DNA of 64,000 bases from an uncultured Draconibacterium sp. GTDB lineage: Bacteria; Bacteroidota; Bacteroidia; Bacteroidales; Prolixibacteraceae. A model generated the notes under the pieces. That model searched no databases, was not told the DNA's origin, and saw only the letters and a list, made by a program, of their open reading frames with translations. The stretch lies in NCBI GenBank assembly GCA_963676775.2, contig CAXXDA010000001.1, positions 12,615 through 76,614 of the forward strand. Reading direction: 5' to 3'. Positions 19,987 to 28,368 of the stretch are shown one piece after another. The translations under genes were made by a program, and so were the position numbers. The first letter of the stretch is position 1, and every line of letters begins with the position of its first letter.

Positions 19987-21705
19987 TTAATTACAAATAA
20001 AATAGTACATGTAGCTGTGTTTGAATTCTTTTAGCGCTTCCTGCGCTTCTTCTTTGCTCCTTGTTTTATTTAGTTTATTAAAAAAATTGGAGTATTGGAT
20101 ATATCGTTTGGGATTATTTTTTAAGTTTCCGGTGTTATACGTTTTTTTGTGTAACGAATTAGCCAGATATATAAAATATTCAAAGTCATGAGGAAGCTTG
20201 GTATACCCAAATTCTGTAAGCTTCTCAATAATAAAAGGGATTGTGGCGAAATTACGTTTTAGCAATGAATAGGTAATATAATATTCAAGTGCCATTTTGT
20301 TTTTTCCCGGAGATATTAATAATAAATATAGATTGGTGAAGGGGGAAGAGGATATAGATACATCATTAGTCGTTGTAACTTTTACATTACGTTTTTTCTC
20401 CGCATTAAGAATCAGGTTTTTTACTTTGTGATTATATAATGGATTTTTCTTAAGAATTTCTGCATATTTTGCTGCCGCCTCATCTTCTCCGTATGCTAAA
20501 TAATTTTTTGTTAATAATAATAATGCCTGTGGTTGATTTTCAACATGAGCAAGGAAATCTGTTGCGATACCTTGTGTCATAGAAAATAGTCCCAAATCAA
20601 AGTACAATTCGCCTAATAAAACGGAATTCTTGTTGTAGAAAAAATTTAGAGGTGAGGGTGGACCAGTAGTATTAAGTTTAAATTCAGGAATCAGACCATC
20701 TGCAGAAAAATTTTGATTAAAATGAAAAGCTTGATCTGTTAAGTGTTTGTTTTTGTACAAGGCATAATTAACGCACATTGCTGATGTTTGTGATAATTTA
20801 TGTTTTTTAATTGCATAATTTAATAACGAATCCCAATCACCGTAATTGAATTTGTATTTTATAATTGCTTCTGCATTTTTATCGGAGTTATCATAAATAT
20901 ATTTAACATCGTTGAAGCAAAGTATTATTAAAATACCAATTAATAGAGTTAATATGTGTTTTGATTGATTTATATATTTAATCACAACGGGGATGGAGAT
21001 TAGCAATAGAAGAAACAATAAATATTTAATTGAATATAAATCTCTTATAAAAACCCATCGGACAAAATCTGGCGCGAAATTCACAAAAAAATGCCTGTAG
21101 CTGTATAGCGAAATTGCGAACAGCAAGTTTGCTGAAAATATTTTTAATGATAATTTTTTGTTTTCAGTAAATAAAACAATTGGTAAAATAATTAAATATA
21201 TAATATAGAGAGGTTGTATTGTCCACCATAGAATAAAATTTACGATTAGCGTACCTATCCAAAAGTTTCGATGCTTAGCAACTTTTTTTAATAGAAGTAC
21301 GCACCAGAGAATAATTAATAAACAAATTGAATCGACTATAATGTTTTTCTCTGGAATTAAAAATATCCCGGCTACAATAGCAAAGCTGCCCAGAGTAACA
21401 GTTAATTGCGAAGTTGAAAAGCAACTAAAAAAACGACGACATGTGATAAAAAGAGCAGTTAAAAGAAATGCAATAACAAGAGAAGCCAAAAATTTTGAAT
21501 AAAAGAACTGGATGAAAAATAGAGATAAATAGTTACTGAAAGCAAAGCTGTTTGTTATGTGTTCAATAAAAAAGCCGGAAGTCCACAAAAAAAGTGGTGA
21601 AACAGCATACAGATCGTACGGGATGAAATTTAAATAATTATAAAGACATAATGCTGAAAACAAAAAAATACTTATTGGTATTATATATTTATTTGAATTA
21701 GACAT
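19987..21705 (-). CDS. Large polytopic membrane protein with a helical C-terminal domain (reminiscent of DUF6057; function unknown)
   Basis: 572 aa. About 9-10 hydrophobic helices in the first ~270 residues, then a soluble helical/TPR-like domain (YGDWDSLLNYAIKK...AAAKYAEILKKNP). The family assignment is from memory only. Confidence 0.5.
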   Translation of the reverse strand: MSNSNKYIIPISIFLFSALCLYNYLNFIPYDLYAVSPLFLWTSGFFIEHITNSFAFSNYLSLFFIQFFYSKFLASLVIAFLLTALFITCRRFFSCFSTSQLTVTLGSFAIVAGIFLIPEKNIIVDSICLLIILWCVLLLKKVAKHRNFWIGTLIVNFILWWTIQPLYIIYLIILPIVLFTENKKLSLKIFSANLLFAISLYSYRHFFVNFAPDFVRWVFIRDLYSIKYLLFLLLLISIPVVIKYINQSKHILTLLIGILIILCFNDVKYIYDNSDKNAEAIIKYKFNYGDWDSLLNYAIKKHKLSQTSAMCVNYALYKNKHLTDQAFHFNQNFSADGLIPEFKLNTTGPPSPLNFFYNKNSVLLGELYFDLGLFSMTQGIATDFLAHVENQPQALLLLTKNYLAYGEDEAAAKYAEILKKNPLYNHKVKNLILNAEKKRNVKVTTTNDVSISSSPFTNLYLLLISPGKNKMALEYYITYSLLKRNFATIPFIIEKLTEFGYTKLPHDFEYFIYLANSLHKKTYNTGNLKNNPKRYIQYSNFFNKLNKTRSKEEAQEALKEFKHSYMYYFICN

Positions 21706-21981
21706 GATTTGTTAGTTTAGATCAATCTGGCAAAAAACGATATCATGCAAATGTAATTAAACATTTGTAATTAATCGAATTGTCGTGCATGGCTTAAATC
21801 CTTTGGATTTAGTGCTTATATTGTTGAATTTTAAATAACAATCTTAACAAAAGCCTGGTACTATTCAATTAGTAATTCAACCAAAAAGAATAAACATTAT
21901 TCAAAAAGAAAGGGGCAACAGAGGATGTGGTGCTATTATATATAGCCTATTTATATTTGTCAGTATAGATTTAAGGAGAAA

Positions 21982-22833
21982 TTATTCAATCACAGCTGAA
22001 TCGCAAACATAAGTGGGAATAATCCCGGATCCACTGATTCTTATCTTGGCCATATCGGGGAGCGTGTTTCCGGACAATACAAGTGCGGTATCCATTCCAA
22101 ATTTGTTTCCCCCTATAATATCAGTATAAAGCGTGTCTCCTACCATCAGGATTTCACTTCTTTTTAAACTCACATCTTTCAAGGCGCGCTCGTAGGCCAG
22201 CAAAAACATTTGTGCATCGGGTTTCCCGAAACGTATGAATGTCTTGCCAATAATACTTTCCACTAAATCAGCCAGTCCACCTATGGCAACTGATATGTCG
22301 TTTTTGCTTACAGGGTAATTGATATCTGTATTGGCAACAACCACCGACATATTTTTCTTTCGCAGCAGGTTAATGGTTTTATTTATATCTTCATTCCAGT
22401 TGAAACCTTCATCATCAAGAAATGCAAACGATTCAATCTCATCTAGGTTGTCAAGTTTTATATCTCCGATATGAATGGTTTTCAGTCCAACGGTTTCAAT
22501 ATAGTGGGCTGATGCTTTTGTTCCTAAATAGGCCACTGCATTCCCGTTGGTAATTTTTGTTTTGAAATATTCCATCGCCAGCATCCCCGATGATAATATT
22601 TTATCGGTGGTAATGTATTTCAGACCTTTTTCCTGATACCATCGCGCCAGTTCCTCAGGGCTGCGCGACGAATCGTTGGTTAGAACATAGTAGTAAATCC
22701 CTTTTCGTTCCAGGTATTCGAATGTTTTATCTATATCCTGAATTAATCCTGTATGATTTTTTAATACACCAAATGCATCAAAAAAAACTGCTTTGTAATT
22801 TCGTACTACACTTCTGAAACTTTTGGTTCTCAT
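21982..22833 (-). CDS. HAD-superfamily subfamily IIA hydrolase, atypical motif I (D-A-F-G-V)
   Basis: 283 aa. Motif I is 'VFFDAFGVL', motif II 'VLTNDS' and motif IV 'MVGDTLYTDIIGGNKFGMDTALVLSG'. The Asp+2 general acid is replaced by Phe, as in the uncharacterised TIGR01459-like IIA group (from memory). Confidence 0.75.
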   Translation of the reverse strand: MRTKSFRSVVRNYKAVFFDAFGVLKNHTGLIQDIDKTFEYLERKGIYYYVLTNDSSRSPEELARWYQEKGLKYITTDKILSSGMLAMEYFKTKITNGNAVAYLGTKASAHYIETVGLKTIHIGDIKLDNLDEIESFAFLDDEGFNWNEDINKTINLLRKKNMSVVVANTDINYPVSKNDISVAIGGLADLVESIIGKTFIRFGKPDAQMFLLAYERALKDVSLKRSEILMVGDTLYTDIIGGNKFGMDTALVLSGNTLPDMAKIRISGSGIIPTYVCDSAVIE

Positions 22834-22845
22834 ATGTTTATTATA

Positions 22846-23889
22846 TTAAATTCGTAATGCTTTTAATATTTTCTCTACCCGGTAATTTGCATCAAGAGCA
22901 GGGAAGTATGTATCGTAAGCTTCTTTTATTAGTTTGCTCGAATATGTTTCACGAAAAAAATAAGGTCCGTCTTTTATAACATAATTTAAAATAAAAAAGC
23001 GGTAAGCTTCCTTTATAAATTGTATTTCGGGTTCGGTTAACGGATAGATACGATGGTATTCTTTGAGGAAAATCATAAATCGTTCTTCCATAAGCGTATC
23101 TACCAGGTAGCTAAAAACTGTGCGGTCACCAACATCGGATACCACCCTGCTGAAGAAATAAAAATCCATTACCCGTGACGACATCCTGAACCAGTCATAA
23201 TCCCAGCGGGAATATAATTTGCCGTCGGCTGTAATCGAGAAATTCCCGATATTCCAATCTACAAAAACAGGAATGTTCTCAAATTCAGTAGCATAATTTA
23301 CTTTATCCGCATTGTTTAAAAAATAATCACAATGTCTTTGAATCATCTCTCTATGAGAATCATCCATATTAATCTCATTTCGTTCTATTGACTTTTGCAA
23401 TTTGTGAATGTCGGTAACCACACTTTTCGAAGGATTGGTCAGTTGGTTGGAAACGTTGGTGCAGGCCATATGAAAGCGTGCCAGTTCACGGCCAAGTTTA
23501 CGAATGAGTTTTTCATCGAGGCGACGAGGAAGTTTATGCAGGATACGAATGGGATTGTAAAATATTACCCATGAACTTTCCTTCTCCTGATGGTAGCGGT
23601 AAATAAATAGTTCGTTCTTTTTTACCAGTGATTGTGCCAGAAAATTCTCATACGGCCGTTCCAGATTATTGGCCAGGTTGTTAATTATAATATGGTCTTC
23701 CCTGAAATTTTCGAATTTGCCGTAATCTGATAATTTGGCAAAAACAGGTTCGCGTTTATAAAACGAAATTTTATATACCTGGTTGGTGGAAACATGGGCA
23801 CTTACATCGTAAACACCTTTAATCTCATGCCGATCATCGAATTCGTACCAGGCATGTTTAATAATTTGTATGTGGTCAATTTTTTGCAT
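22846..23889 (-). CDS. Protein-kinase-like / aminoglycoside-phosphotransferase (APH/CotS/choline-kinase) fold small-molecule kinase
   Basis: 347 aa with a catalytic-loop-like 'FVDWNIGNF' (DxxxxN) and a metal-binding-like 'RWDYDWF'. The substrate is not inferable. Confidence 0.65.
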   Translation of the reverse strand: MQKIDHIQIIKHAWYEFDDRHEIKGVYDVSAHVSTNQVYKISFYKREPVFAKLSDYGKFENFREDHIIINNLANNLERPYENFLAQSLVKKNELFIYRYHQEKESSWVIFYNPIRILHKLPRRLDEKLIRKLGRELARFHMACTNVSNQLTNPSKSVVTDIHKLQKSIERNEINMDDSHREMIQRHCDYFLNNADKVNYATEFENIPVFVDWNIGNFSITADGKLYSRWDYDWFRMSSRVMDFYFFSRVVSDVGDRTVFSYLVDTLMEERFMIFLKEYHRIYPLTEPEIQFIKEAYRFFILNYVIKDGPYFFRETYSSKLIKEAYDTYFPALDANYRVEKILKALRI

Positions 23890-23930
23890 TTTTTGTCATT
23901 TTGTGGAGCAAAATTAATCCGAAAATCCAA

Positions 23931-25289
23931 TTAAATGATCTCAAAATACCTTTTTAATTCCCAGTCGGTAACCTCTTCGGCAAAACGTTTCCATTCCCAC
24001 TCGCGTGTTTTTGTAAAATGATCGACAAATGCATCACCAAAAAGTTTGCGTGCAATTTTTGATTCGGCCATTTTTTGTGTGGCTTCGGGCAGGTTGTCAG
24101 GTAATGTCCCGTTTGATATATCGCGGTAACCATTTCCGCGCGTTTCTTTTATAGTTAGGTCCAGTTTATTTTTAATCCCATATAAACCAGCTGCCAATGA
24201 TGCTGCCATTGCAAGGTATGGGTTGGAATCCGCTCCGGGAACACGCAATTCGGCCCTTGTAGATTGATTTCCCCCTTTTATAGCTCGGACAGCGGCAGTA
24301 CGGTTATCTATTCCCCAGGTAATCGTGGAAGGAGCCCAGTCTCCATGTCCCAATCTTTTATAACTGTTCACGTTGGGAGCGAACATAGGTAGTATTTCAG
24401 GCAGGCAGGTTAAAATTCCAGCAATATAATGTTCCATCAGCCGGCTTATTCCATTGCCACTGTTTTTGTCGACAAATAAGTTGGTCGTTTCTTCAGGATT
24501 CCACAGACTTTGATGAAGATGGCCGCCACTACCAGGCAGTTTAGTGTTCCATTTAGCCATAAATGTAGCAACAAAATGGTGCAGGTAAGCAATTTTCTTT
24601 ACGCTTGATTTAAAAAGAATCGCCTTGTCAGCCGCAGCTAATACCTCGTCAAAAATTATAGTAGCCTCATAAACACCGGGTCCGGTTTCTGTATGCATTC
24701 CTTCAATTGGGATGTTAAATTTTTCCAGCAAATCAAACAAGTCATTTACATACGAATGGTTTAACGAAGTACGTAAATCAGAATACCCAAACATTCCTGG
24801 AGTTATCGGTTGAAGGTTTTGAAACCCTGAATTATTTATTTCCGATGGCATTCCAACAAAATTGAACCATTCAAACTCCTGGGCAAACATGGCCTTGTAA
24901 CCCTGTTCTTTACATTCCTCTTTAATTCTTTTTAATAGACTGCGCGGGCAGGCCGTTTGGGCATATGTTTCATCGGTACTAAAATCGGCGATAAAAAATG
25001 GCAGATCGTTTTCCCATGGAATAGCTCTGTAGGTTTCAAGATTAATGGTTGCTTTAGCATCGGGATAGCCCGTATGCCAGCCAGTTAATTGTGTGTCTTC
25101 GTAACATGTGTCGCCCGAATCCCACCCGAAAATTACATCACAAAAACCAATAGATTTATGTGTTGCATCCATAAATTTCTTTTTATGAATATATTTCCCG
25201 CGAAGAATACCATCAATGTCCGAAACAGCAAATTTGATTTTTGTTGCTGGAGTATTTTGTATTACCTGTATTATCTCAGTTCTGTTCAT
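23931..25289 (-). CDS. Glutamine synthetase family protein (GSI-like / gamma-glutamyl-amine ligase type)
   Basis: GS beta-grasp ('IKFAVSDIDGILRGKYI') plus catalytic domain ('FAQEFEWFNF', 'PIEGMHTETGPGVYEA', 'GSGGHLHQSLW', 'NSYKRL', 'AELRVPGADSNPYLAMAASLAAG'). I place the start at ATG 25289 (MNRTEII). The ORF-track start at 25328 is a TTG. Confidence 0.85.
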   Translation of the reverse strand: MNRTEIIQVIQNTPATKIKFAVSDIDGILRGKYIHKKKFMDATHKSIGFCDVIFGWDSGDTCYEDTQLTGWHTGYPDAKATINLETYRAIPWENDLPFFIADFSTDETYAQTACPRSLLKRIKEECKEQGYKAMFAQEFEWFNFVGMPSEINNSGFQNLQPITPGMFGYSDLRTSLNHSYVNDLFDLLEKFNIPIEGMHTETGPGVYEATIIFDEVLAAADKAILFKSSVKKIAYLHHFVATFMAKWNTKLPGSGGHLHQSLWNPEETTNLFVDKNSGNGISRLMEHYIAGILTCLPEILPMFAPNVNSYKRLGHGDWAPSTITWGIDNRTAAVRAIKGGNQSTRAELRVPGADSNPYLAMAASLAAGLYGIKNKLDLTIKETRGNGYRDISNGTLPDNLPEATQKMAESKIARKLFGDAFVDHFTKTREWEWKRFAEEVTDWELKRYFEII

Positions 25290-25712
25290 TGCAGTTCTAA
25301 TTTTATGGTAAAATAACCGATGTTTCAATAAATATCAAATTCCTCGTTGTTAAAATTTATTGTAAGGTTTCCGGTTTTAATGAACAGGAATAAAATATTT
25401 ATTTCCGGGAACCAACTGAAAGATCGTAAAAAATATTTGTAATGTTGTATCTTAAAACTGCTCATTATCCCATATTTATTGTAAAATTTTTATACGTATG
25501 GGGAATGAATTTGTGTGAGAAATAATTGAGCAAAAGTAAATTTTAGTTTACTGCATTATTTTTTACGGAGTCTGGTGAAATTTGAGGTGTTTTGTTTAAA
25601 AAGGAAGTGAAAATTAAATTGCACCCCTGTTTTTTAATAGCCTGTTCATAATTATTTTATGAATGTTCTCAATATTGCCTTATAAAAATAATTACTGAAA
25701 GCAAAAATAAGC

Positions 25713-25720
25713 TATTTTTG
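25713..25720 (+). promoter_or_regulatory. Bacteroidota-type -7 promoter box (TATTTTTG) for GSIII
   Basis: Exact TAnnTTTG match, 37 nt upstream of the ATG at 25757. The octamer is identical to the one upstream of GSII. Confidence 0.4.
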
Positions 25721-25756
25721 ATTGTAGGAATAAATTTAATAAAACATACAACAGAC

Positions 25757-27946
25757 ATGGCAAAATTCAGATTTAAAGCGCTTGACGAGGTTCTTAATCG
25801 TGAACCAGTCGAAGTAGTCAGAGAAAATAACCTTGTTTCAGATTATTTTGGAATGTTGGTATTCGATCAGGCAAAAATGAAAAAGTATCTTTCGCGTGAA
25901 GCCTACAAAGCGGTTACCGATGCTGTAGAAAAAGGAACAACTATAGATCGTAAAATGGCCGATCAGGTGGCACAGGGAATGAAAGCCTGGGCCATCGAAA
26001 ACGGGGCTACGCACTATACCCACTGGTTTCACCCGTTAACTGATGGCACTGCCGAAAAACACGATGCATTTATTGTACATGGCGCCGATGGCGGAGTAAT
26101 TGAGTCATTCTCCGGGAAACTACTTGCGCAGCAGGAGCCCGATGCTTCCTCATTTCCAAGCGGAGGAATCCGGCAGACCTTTGAAGCTCGCGGATATACA
26201 GCATGGGATCCAACTTCACCTGCTTTTATCAGCGAAACCACTTTAACGATTCCCACCATTTTTATTTCATATACTGGTGAAGCACTTGATTTTAAAACGC
26301 CTCTTTTGCGAGCGTTAAACGCAGTAGATAAAGCAGCTACTTCTGTTTGCCAGTATTTCGACAAAAATGTCACTTCGGTACATGCGAACCTGGGGTGGGA
26401 ACAGGAATATTTTCTTATTGACGAGGCACTTTATATGTCGCGTCCCGACCTGATGTTAACCGGACGGACACTTATGGGGCATGCTTCCTCTAAAGATCAA
26501 CAGCTCGATGATCATTATTTCTCCTCCATACCAACAAGAGTAAATCGTTTTATGCAAGATGTAGAGAACGAGGCGTATAAGTTGGGTATTCCACTGAAAA
26601 CCCGTCATAATGAGGTGGCACCTAATCAGTTTGAAGTTGCTCCTATTTTTGAGGAGGCTAATCTGGCTAACGACCATAACCAACTGGTTATGGACATTAT
26701 GCAGAAAATTGCCCGGCGTCATAAGTTTCGCATTTTATTTCATGAAAAACCATTTGCAGGAATTAATGGCTCGGGAAAACACAATAACTGGTCGCTGGCT
26801 ACTGACACCGGCGTAAATCTTTATTCCCCCGGGAAAAATCCAAAATCGAACTTACAGTTTCTCACTTTTGTTGTGAATACACTAAAAGCTGTTTTCGATA
26901 GTCAGGATTTGCTCCGAGCAAGTATTTTAAATGCTTCCAATGCTCACCGGTTAGGTGCAAATGAGGCACCTCCTTCTATTCTGTCTGTATTCTTAGGCAC
27001 CGAAGTTTCAAAAATGCTAGATTTGATGGAAACCGCAGTTGTTGACCGGAAAATGACACCGGACGAAAAAACGGCTCTGAAACTGAATATAGGTCGAATT
27101 CCGGAAATCATTCTTGACAATACGGACCGCAACCGCACTTCACCCTTTGCTTTTACAGGAAATCGTTTTGAGTTCCGTGCAGTTGGTTCTTCGGCAAATA
27201 ATGCTCCTGCGCTGATTGTGCTGAATACTGTAGTTGCCAACCAGCTTTCAAAGTTTAAAACTGATGTAGATGCTTTAATTGAAAAGGGAGTGAAAAAGGA
27301 TGAGGCTATTTTTCAAATACTGAAAGATTTGATTATAGAATCGAAACCCATAAGGTTTAACGGCGACGGGTATAGTCAGGAATGGGTGGAAGAAGCAACA
27401 CGCAGGGGATTGACCAATGTTACCAGTGTGCCTGAATCACTTGAAGCTTATCTGCGCCCTGATAGTAAAGCACTATTTTCGAATATGGGCGTTTTTAATG
27501 AATCGGAATTAAACGGACGTGTTGAAGTAGAGTACGAGAAATTCATAATGAAAATTCAAATTGAAGCGCGTGTATTAGGCGATTTGGCAATAAATCACAT
27601 AGTGCCTACTGCCGTTGAATATCAAACCATGCTGCTCCAAAATGTGAGGAATCTGAAAGAAGTTTTTTCAAAAGAAGAATTCGAATCTTTAGCTGAAGGC
27701 CGTATTGATTTGATTAAAGAAATTGGAGAACACATTTCTGCAATTAAAGCAAAACGTAAAGAAATGATTGAAGCCCGAAAAAAGGCTAATGTTATTGAAG
27801 ATATTTACGAAAAAGCACGAATTTACGACCAAACAGTTCGCCCTTACCTCGAAGATGTTCGTGTGCATATTGATAAGTTGGAACTGATTGTGGATAATGA
27901 GAAATGGCCATTGCCAAAATATCGCGAATTGCTGTTTATTAGGTAG
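25757..27946 (+). CDS. glnN: Glutamine synthetase type III
   Basis: About 729 aa from ATG 25757 (MAKFRFKALDEV). 'THYTHWFHPLT', 'GWEQEYFLID', 'HNEVAPNQFE' and 'NGSGKHNNWS' are hallmark GSIII blocks. Confidence 0.95.
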   Translation: MAKFRFKALDEVLNREPVEVVRENNLVSDYFGMLVFDQAKMKKYLSREAYKAVTDAVEKGTTIDRKMADQVAQGMKAWAIENGATHYTHWFHPLTDGTAEKHDAFIVHGADGGVIESFSGKLLAQQEPDASSFPSGGIRQTFEARGYTAWDPTSPAFISETTLTIPTIFISYTGEALDFKTPLLRALNAVDKAATSVCQYFDKNVTSVHANLGWEQEYFLIDEALYMSRPDLMLTGRTLMGHASSKDQQLDDHYFSSIPTRVNRFMQDVENEAYKLGIPLKTRHNEVAPNQFEVAPIFEEANLANDHNQLVMDIMQKIARRHKFRILFHEKPFAGINGSGKHNNWSLATDTGVNLYSPGKNPKSNLQFLTFVVNTLKAVFDSQDLLRASILNASNAHRLGANEAPPSILSVFLGTEVSKMLDLMETAVVDRKMTPDEKTALKLNIGRIPEIILDNTDRNRTSPFAFTGNRFEFRAVGSSANNAPALIVLNTVVANQLSKFKTDVDALIEKGVKKDEAIFQILKDLIIESKPIRFNGDGYSQEWVEEATRRGLTNVTSVPESLEAYLRPDSKALFSNMGVFNESELNGRVEVEYEKFIMKIQIEARVLGDLAINHIVPTAVEYQTMLLQNVRNLKEVFSKEEFESLAEGRIDLIKEIGEHISAIKAKRKEMIEARKKANVIEDIYEKARIYDQTVRPYLEDVRVHIDKLELIVDNEKWPLPKYRELLFIR

Positions 27947-27970
27947 ATGTATTAACATATTGATAATTTG

Positions 27971-27998
27971 AGGGTTTCGTGATGCGGAACCCTTTTTT
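27971..27998 (+). terminator. Rho-independent terminator after glnN
   Basis: Stem agggtttcg / cggaaccct (one mismatch) followed by T6. Confidence 0.7.
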
Positions 27999-28368
27999 AA
28001 TTGTAATTACTACCTGAGATGAGAATACTTTTCGGTAATACACTACAATGCAGAAAAGAAAATATTCTGTTATACTTACCATTTAATAAATTTTTGGAGG
28101 AATGCACTTTTTCCAGTTTGAAGCAGGTGATTTTCTATCTGTAAAAAGAATGAATGTAAATTAGTATAAATTCAGGTTGTTCCTATATACTTAACCTCCT
28201 AAACAGACGTTATTGTAACAGTCATTAAAAAAAATAATTTACTTTTACTTCCCAAAATAAAAAAGGAGGTGATACAAACTGTGCTGTGAAATAATAAAAC
28301 AGACGTTAAAGAAGATGGACATTAGGCAGAGGTTAACTGAATTTTGGGAAGAAAAATGTTTTGAATAG

